A stretch of 64,000 nucleotides of DNA from Rhodospirillaceae bacterium. Its GTDB lineage: Bacteria; Pseudomonadota; Alphaproteobacteria; Rhodospirillales; Rhodospirillaceae. Shown one piece after another: positions 58,430-64,000 of this stretch (positions are counted from its first letter, which is position 1; each line of letters starts with the position of its first letter). A program made the translations under genes and the position numbers. The notes below the pieces were generated by a model. It saw only the letters and a list, made by a program, of their open reading frames with translations. It did no database searches and had not been told where the DNA came from. Where the stretch lies: assembly GCA_004297485.1 (NCBI GenBank), contig SCTM01000153.1, positions 2,172 to 66,171 on the forward strand. Reading direction: 5' to 3'.

Positions 58430-60082
58430 CTACGCCTTTTTCTTACTGGCGCCGCGGCCGTCGCCGTCCTGTTTCAGCCGCTTTTCCAACGCCGCGCATA
58501 ACGTGCGCATGATCTTGATACGGGCATATTTCTTGTCGTTGCCCTCGACCAGCGTCCATGGCGCCGCCGTGGTGCTGGTGCGTTCGACGATTTCGTGTAC
58601 CGCGTTCCCATAGTCATCCCACTTGGCGCGATTCCGCCAATCTTCCGCTGTCAGCTTCCAGGCCTTGTAGGAGATGGTCTCGCGTTCCTTGAAACGACGA
58701 TATTGCTCATCCTTGGAGATATGGACCCAGAATTTGGCCAGCACGATTCCATGATGGCCGAGTTGTTCCTCGAACTCGTTGATTTCGGAATAGGCGCGCA
58801 TCCATTCCTCGGGTTGAGCGAATCCTTCAACCCGTTCGACCAACACCCGGCCATACCAACTGCGATCGAAGATCGCGATCCGGCCAGCCCGCGGAAGATA
58901 CCGCCAAAATCGCCAGAGGTAGTGCTGCGCCCGCTCTTCGTCCGTCGGCGCCGCAACCGGAATGACACGATAATCGCGGGCGTCCATCGATCCGGTGAGC
59001 CGGCGGATCGCACCACCCTTGCCCGCGGCATCTGGTCCCTCGAACAGAATGAGCGCCGACTTGCCCTCGAAGTGCGCACGACGGCATAACCGCCCGAGTT
59101 TCGCGCGCGTCTCAACCAAGGCTTCGTTGTACGCGTCGTCGGTCAAACTCAACGACATGTCGAGATGGTCGAGCACGGTCAATGGCTTCATTTCGCCCTT
59201 GGCCGTCACGATGACGGTTGCCTTCTTGGTCGGCTTTTTGCCCTTCCGCGTCGCGGCGGCTTGCGATGCCTTTTCCAACGCCTCGGTGGTCGCCTCGATC
59301 TTCCTGAGTTCGGTCGCGCGCAAGCGCTTGGTCGCCTCCAGCGCCTCCGCCACGGTCTTGCGCCGCGCCCGGCGCACCTCGCGATGGGCAATGATGCTGT
59401 CGCGCAAAGTCGTCAGAATAGTGAGGGCGCGGTAACGGGAATCCGCGCCTTCGACCAACACCCAGCGCGCTTTACCGCTGTCGGTTCTGCGGACGGCAAT
59501 TTCGGCGGCTTTCTCGAATTTGTCGTTATGCTTCCAGTGCTCCCAATCCTGCTTTGTGATGCGCCATGATTCGTACTTGTCCTTCTCCAACGCCTTCATG
59601 CGCTTTTTCTGGGTCGCTTTATCCATATGCATCCAGAATTTGAGAATCAATGCGCCGTCGTCGGCGAGCGTGCGCTCGAAAGCCGCGATTCGATCCAATG
59701 CGGCAAGGTATTCCACCTTGCTGATTTTTTTGTAGACGAAGTCCTGGTTGGGCTGATGGTACCAACAGCCCACGAACAGGCCGATCTGTCCCTTCGGCGG
59801 CAGGTCGCGCCAAAACCGCCAATAGCTCGGCCGTTCACGTTCCTCGTCGGAAGGGGGGCCATAGGCACGGGTGACGATCCAGCGCGGATCCATCCATTCG
59901 TTGATCAGATCGAGCGCCTCGGCCTTTCCGGCGCCGGCGACTCCCGCGAACATCAAGATCACCGGAAAATCCTCGGATTTCAGTTCCTCCTGAAGAACGA
60001 GGAGTTCGGTGCGCAGAGCGGCCGCCACCCGGTTGAAATCCTCGCGCGAGACCTTCTGTCCGAGTTCCGCAATCTGAAACAT
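58430..60082 (-). CDS. Two-domain polyphosphate kinase 2 (polyphosphate:AMP phosphotransferase type)
   Basis: Two PPK2 domains with Walker A-like motifs (FAGVAGAGKAE, FEGPDAAGKGG) and the YLWRFWRYLP...IFDRSWY block. ATG at 60082. Confidence 0.88.
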   Translation of the reverse strand: MFQIAELGQKVSREDFNRVAAALRTELLVLQEELKSEDFPVILMFAGVAGAGKAEALDLINEWMDPRWIVTRAYGPPSDEERERPSYWRFWRDLPPKGQIGLFVGCWYHQPNQDFVYKKISKVEYLAALDRIAAFERTLADDGALILKFWMHMDKATQKKRMKALEKDKYESWRITKQDWEHWKHNDKFEKAAEIAVRRTDSGKARWVLVEGADSRYRALTILTTLRDSIIAHREVRRARRKTVAEALEATKRLRATELRKIEATTEALEKASQAAATRKGKKPTKKATVIVTAKGEMKPLTVLDHLDMSLSLTDDAYNEALVETRAKLGRLCRRAHFEGKSALILFEGPDAAGKGGAIRRLTGSMDARDYRVIPVAAPTDEERAQHYLWRFWRYLPRAGRIAIFDRSWYGRVLVERVEGFAQPEEWMRAYSEINEFEEQLGHHGIVLAKFWVHISKDEQYRRFKERETISYKAWKLTAEDWRNRAKWDDYGNAVHEIVERTSTTAAPWTLVEGNDKKYARIKIMRTLCAALEKRLKQDGDGRGASKKKA

Positions 60083-60348
60083 GGCATCGCGCCCCCTGCG
60101 CCCCATGAGCGGGCCGACCCTATATGTGCCGACCTTATTCCCTGACTGTCATTGTTCACGTCCTCCGCCCGCGAGCCTTGATATGGGTCAACCAACCTCC
60201 GTCACGGCGTTTATGAAAAATATCAGGGCGTTATTTCGGCGGAAGGGCGATCAGGCAAACACTTGCGCCGCCGACTGGTTTCAAGGCCCTGAACGCCCGC
60301 GCCAGGAGGTCACCAAAAGGTCACGGCAATGACTCCATCCCGAAATGA

Positions 60349-60630
60349 ATGGCCGTGATAAAATCGGTTATGAACCAATTTCGGCACGTCCTTGTTATTT
60401 CGACGAGCATCGTCGCGGTCCTGTGGATGCTGACGGCGCCCAATTGGTTCGCGCGTGGCGCATTGGGCCGCGCCATGACCGACCTCGACATATGGGCGCA
60501 AATTCATCTTCCTTATCCCGTGCTTACCTTGCTCCTGGCGGGGTTTGTCATGACCGGCGCCACGGTATGGTTTCGCCGCCACGTTTCGGATGAGCCCGAT
60601 TCCAAAGGCATAGGAGCGCGCAAACGGTAA
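60349..60630 (+). CDS. Small membrane protein, hypothetical
   Basis: Two predicted transmembrane helices and reasonable third-position GC. It competes with an antisense ORF (60310-60657). Confidence 0.4.
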   Translation: MAVIKSVMNQFRHVLVISTSIVAVLWMLTAPNWFARGALGRAMTDLDIWAQIHLPYPVLTLLLAGFVMTGATVWFRRHVSDEPDSKGIGARKR

Positions 60631-61001
60631 CGCCGCCTGCAAAATAGCGGTGCACACCCTGAGCGCTCTGGTAACGCTGACTCCGCTGGCCTCCTGCGCG
60701 AATCATAACCGTCCAATCCCGCTGCCAGCGACGGATCCACACCGTCATCCGCGATAGATGGCCGGGTCGACATCAATCTCCGCGGCACGCTTTGCGCTTG
60801 CTCATATGGCGACATATTCACGCCAGCGTCATGGATGTATCGTTTTAATTAGTAATATCAATAGATTGCCGCAATCGACATCGGACACGCTTGACGCATG
60901 TCAAAGCCATCTCTCCGGCCTTCAATTAGATTCAATAGATTGCATTTCCAGGTATGGGGCGTGCGGCCCCTAACACAAGCCATTTGAACAAGGCGAGAGC
61001 C

Positions 61002-61355
61002 ATGACAACCCGGCCAGCGACCTACGAGGCTGGAATGCGCATTGCCTACGACAGCGCCACGAGGAAGGCCACGGTCTCATTTCGTGGTCGCATCGCGGTG
61101 ATCTACGGAACCTATGCCTTAGAGGACGAAGCTATCGCCGCCGGTGAGATGTTCTGCCGGCAATTAGGGTGGCGGCCAGACGCTAGACCGAAGTCGACGA
61201 CCAGTACGATCGACGCCGGTGGCCTTAACCACCCGCGTATGTGGACGGCGTATGTCGTACTAAAAATCGCGTGTGGCCGCACGCCGGGTGATACGGCCTG
61301 CGAACGCCCAAAATGTCTATTGCGTCAGCCGATTTGGTCGCCCACATTGGGTTAA
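61002..61355 (+). CDS. Hypothetical small protein
   Basis: ORF with an AAGGCGAGAG ribosome-binding-like sequence before the ATG at 61002. I recognise no family. Confidence 0.25.
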   Translation: MTTRPATYEAGMRIAYDSATRKATVSFRGRIAVIYGTYALEDEAIAAGEMFCRQLGWRPDARPKSTTSTIDAGGLNHPRMWTAYVVLKIACGRTPGDTACERPKCLLRQPIWSPTLG

Positions 61356-61668
61356 CGGTTTTGCGGCGCGGCCGAAAATTAAGTCACATGCGATTTCCTT
61401 GCCTGACACACATCCTGTTCCGAATGTCCCATGTCTCAGCGACATTGGTCGGATGACTATTTAGATATTGTCAGATCGCTTCGATCAGTAATCATCTCCC
61501 GCGCCAACGTATGGTTGACGCCCGCATCGCGGGCGATGCCTGTAGCTGAGTTTGGGTGTTCGGGAGTTCCATGGATCCGATTTCGAATATTTTCCGCCGG
61601 AGCGGACCATTGCGGGCGGGAATGGCGGCGGCAATCAAGCCATCTAAAGGTTGTTGCGGGCCCGTCGG

Positions 61669-63180
61669 ATGATATGGCCTCATTTTCGCGCGCCGCTGGC
61701 CGCCGTCCTGGCGAGCGCGGCGCTCGCGGCCTGCGCTCCCGATCTCGGCTCACGGCCGGAGCCCAGCCAACCCAGCGCCTATGACACCACGCGCAGTTTC
61801 ACCGCACCTTCGGCGCCGTGGCCGACGGAGCAATGGTGGACCGCCTACGGTGACCCACAACTGAACGCGTTGATTACCGAGGCGATCGCCGGATCACCGG
61901 ATTTGAAGATCGCCGAAGCCCGGATGCGTCAAGCCGAGGCAGTGGCCGAACAGACCGGCGCGGAACGCTGGCCGACACTTACGGCCGACGCCCAAGTGGG
62001 CCCCTTGCGGCAAAGCCTCAATCAGGGTTTTCAACCGCAGTTCCGATCCTTCCTGCCCCATGGCTGGCATACCCAGGGACGTCTCAACGCGAACCTTGAA
62101 TACGAACTGGATCTGTTCGGCAAGAATCGCGCCGCATTCGCCGCGGCCCGCTCGGACGAGCGCGCCGCGACGATGGACATGGCGGCGGCGTATCTGGCGC
62201 TGTCGACATCCGTCGCGAGCGCCTATGCCGATCTGGTGCGCCTCGGCGCCGACCACGCTGCCGCCGTGGACGCCGTGCATGTGCGTCAGGAAACCGCCGC
62301 GCTGGTCGCCGCCCGCGCGCGGGAGAGTCTTGAGAATCAGGGCCAGGTCAGCTTGTCGGAGTCGGAAGTCGCGGGGGCACAGGCCGAAGTGGACGCCATC
62401 GACGGCCTGATCGCCATGACCCGCAATCAGCTCGCCGCCCTGCTGGGCAAAGGCCCGGACCGGGGCCTCGATATCACGTTGCCGGCAAACGCGCAGGTGA
62501 CGCCGGCCGGGCTTCCGCCGTCGCTGGCCGTCGACCTTATTGGCCGCCGGCCCGATATCGCCATTGGCCGCCGGCCCGATATCGCCGCGGCGCGGCTGCG
62601 CGCCGAAGCCGCCGCCAAACGCATCGACGTTGCCCAAGCGGACTTCTATCCGAATATCGATATCACGGGATTGATCGGACTGCAGGCGCTGGATACCAAG
62701 GATTTATTCCAGCACGCCTCGCTCATGGGTCAAATCGCCCCGGCCGTACACCTGCCGATCTTCGACGGTGGAAAGATCAGCGGGCGCTATCGCGCGGCCC
62801 GCGCGGACTACGATGAAGCCGTCGCGGCATACGATAAAACCGTGACGGGAGCGCTACGCGAAGTGGCCGACGCGATCGCAAATCAGCGGACGCTGAATCA
62901 ACAGCTGGCCCATGCCCGCACGGCCCTTACCGCGAGCGAGAACGCCTACCGGATCGCGGGATTGCGCTATCGCGGCGGGCTCTCGCGCTATGTGGAAGTG
63001 CTGACGGCCGAGGACACGACCCTTAGCCAGCGCCGTAACGTCGCCGACTTGGAAGCCCTGGCGTTTTCCCAGAACGTCGCGCTTGTACGGGCCTTGGGCG
63101 GCGGCTTCGTCGCAAGCGCGTGTTCCGAAAAAGGGGAAACCGGTTTTCCGGTCGGAACATGCTCCAAAGATCTGAATTAG
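61669..63180 (+). CDS. Efflux outer-membrane factor lipoprotein, NodT family
   Basis: Lipobox LAAC, NodT-type repeats and the RRPDI motif. ATG at 61669. The ORF-track start at 61651 is a TTG. Confidence 0.88.
   Translation: MIWPHFRAPLAAVLASAALAACAPDLGSRPEPSQPSAYDTTRSFTAPSAPWPTEQWWTAYGDPQLNALITEAIAGSPDLKIAEARMRQAEAVAEQTGAERWPTLTADAQVGPLRQSLNQGFQPQFRSFLPHGWHTQGRLNANLEYELDLFGKNRAAFAAARSDERAATMDMAAAYLALSTSVASAYADLVRLGADHAAAVDAVHVRQETAALVAARARESLENQGQVSLSESEVAGAQAEVDAIDGLIAMTRNQLAALLGKGPDRGLDITLPANAQVTPAGLPPSLAVDLIGRRPDIAIGRRPDIAAARLRAEAAAKRIDVAQADFYPNIDITGLIGLQALDTKDLFQHASLMGQIAPAVHLPIFDGGKISGRYRAARADYDEAVAAYDKTVTGALREVADAIANQRTLNQQLAHARTALTASENAYRIAGLRYRGGLSRYVEVLTAEDTTLSQRRNVADLEALAFSQNVALVRALGGGFVASACSEKGETGFPVGTCSKDLN
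62539..62586. repeat. Perfect 24-bp tandem duplication inside the NodT gene
   Basis: ATTGGCCGCCGGCCCGATATCGCC occurs twice back to back, giving IGRRPDIAIGRRPDIA in frame. Confidence 0.95.
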
Positions 63181-63209
63181 AGCCCGTTTGATTTTGACCG
63201 GAGAGTACG

Positions 63210-64000
63210 ATGGCGGATAGCGACAGGTATGAACGATCCCCGGGTGGACCGGGCGCGGATATTTATCCGCGCGCCGGCAACCGCCCGGCTTCCCCGCCGG
63301 TGCGTTATCCGTCCCTGCGTCAGCGCCTCTTCATGGGACTGGGCATGGTGGTTGGGATCGCGGCTTTGCTTTGGATCGGCTGGTATATCCTGGTCGGGTC
63401 CCACTACGTGTCCACGGACGATGCCTATGTGGATGCCAAGACGGCGCAGATCACGCCACAGATCAGCGGCACCATCATCTCCGTTGCGGTCATGGACACC
63501 CAAAGCGTCAAGCGCGGCGACGTTCTTGTCGTCATCGATCCCACCGACATGCAACTGGCGCTGGCGCAGGCCGACGCGGACTACAACCACACCCTGGGCC
63601 GCGTGCGGCAGTATTACGCAAACGTGGATGCGGCCGCGGCGCAAGTCACCGCGCGCAAGGCCGATCTTGAACGTGCCCGCGTGGATTACAATCGCCGACG
63701 CGCGCTTGAATCGACCGGAGCGATCTCGGGCGATGAAATGACCACGGCGCGGAATTCGCTTGATACGGCGGCGGCGGACCTCCAGGCCGCGCAACAGGAA
63801 CTCGTCGCACGGAAAGCGCTGATCACCAGTCCCAAGCCCGAGCAGAATCCGGAAGTGCTTTCGGCCGCAGCAACGCGCGACCGCGCACGCCTTGATGTGG
63901 CGCGCACGCTGATCCGCGCACCCATTGACGGTATTGTCGCCCGCAGCGGCATACAGATCGGACAACACGTGGAAGTGGGCGCAACGCTGATGTCGATCGT
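63210..64000 (+). CDS. HlyD/EmrA-family membrane fusion protein (partial, runs off the window)
   Basis: My own translation from the ATG at 63210 gives MADSDRYERSPGG..., one transmembrane helix (GLGMVVGIAALLWIGWYIL), then YVDAKTAQITPQISGTIISV...VLVVIDP...coiled coil...IRAPIDGIVA. This frame is missing from the ORF track because it has no stop within the window. Confidence 0.85.
   Translation, partial: MADSDRYERSPGGPGADIYPRAGNRPASPPVRYPSLRQRLFMGLGMVVGIAALLWIGWYILVGSHYVSTDDAYVDAKTAQITPQISGTIISVAVMDTQSVKRGDVLVVIDPTDMQLALAQADADYNHTLGRVRQYYANVDAAAAQVTARKADLERARVDYNRRRALESTGAISGDEMTTARNSLDTAAADLQAAQQELVARKALITSPKPEQNPEVLSAAATRDRARLDVARTLIRAPIDGIVARSGIQIGQHVEVGATLMSI

Noticed and set aside
63229-63741. 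170-aa plus-strand ORF listed in the track at the HlyD locus
   Set aside because: It is in the wrong frame. The frame starting at 63210 gives a textbook HlyD/EmrA sequence and continues to the window end.

Overview
High-GC chromosomal segment of alphaproteobacterial type, judged from gene content and synteny. About 60 genes are supported. I found no rRNA, CRISPR array, integrase, transposase or IS element.

Backbone genes: guaB, rsmB and guaA (20.8-25.6 kb), rlmE and a Ppx/GppA phosphatase (26.7-28.7 kb), one tRNA-Gln(CUG), an ABC-F ATPase and a two-domain PPK2.

Accessory metabolism:
- Rieske oxygenase.
- Molybdopterin oxidoreductase with two tandem family III CoA-transferases.
- Several SDRs and two GSTs.
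- A FecI/FecR/TonB-dependent-transducer cluster followed by two DUF1214-like paralogs.
- An ATP-grasp plus zinc-peptidase pair.
- MFS, NodT and HlyD efflux parts.
- A cobalamin-riboswitch-controlled four-gene operon at the left edge.

The most interesting parts are two lower-GC insertion hot spots. Spot counts gave about 50% GC there against mid-60s in the flanks. Both show serial accretion: decayed copies of the target 3' end separate the cargo blocks, and no recombinase is left.

1. Downstream of guaA (16.7-20.85 kb), two degenerate copies of the guaA 3' end delimit three blocks. They hold a truncated antitoxin-like ORF, an orphan protein whose C-terminal domain resembles a diadenylate cyclase (DAC) with intact DGA and RHR motifs behind a roughly 250-aa unknown N-terminus, and a HEPN-like (RNGRFH) protein convergent with a ParB/Srx-like protein. 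I consider this the best candidate for an undescribed nucleotide-signalling conflict module.

2. Downstream of tRNA-Gln (29.0-39.0 kb), two decayed tRNA 3' copies delimit two blocks. The first holds a translationally coupled 256-aa plus 1127-aa all-helical orphan pair, a DUF2971-like gene, a truncated PD-(D/E)xK-like ORF and VapBC. The second is a high-GC thioesterase, MFS and amidohydrolase block.

Smaller oddities: tandem repeats that include the stop-codon region of two genes (106 bp x about 3.3 at the ABC-F gene, 15 bp x 3 at rlmE), a GGGGAGAGG-type palindromic repeat family at three loci, three tandem gene duplications, and a perfect 24-bp in-frame duplication in the NodT gene.

Many long ORFs in the supplied track are antisense shadow ORFs and were rejected. 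Several real genes appear to start at internal ATG, GTG or TTG codons rather than at the ORF-track start.
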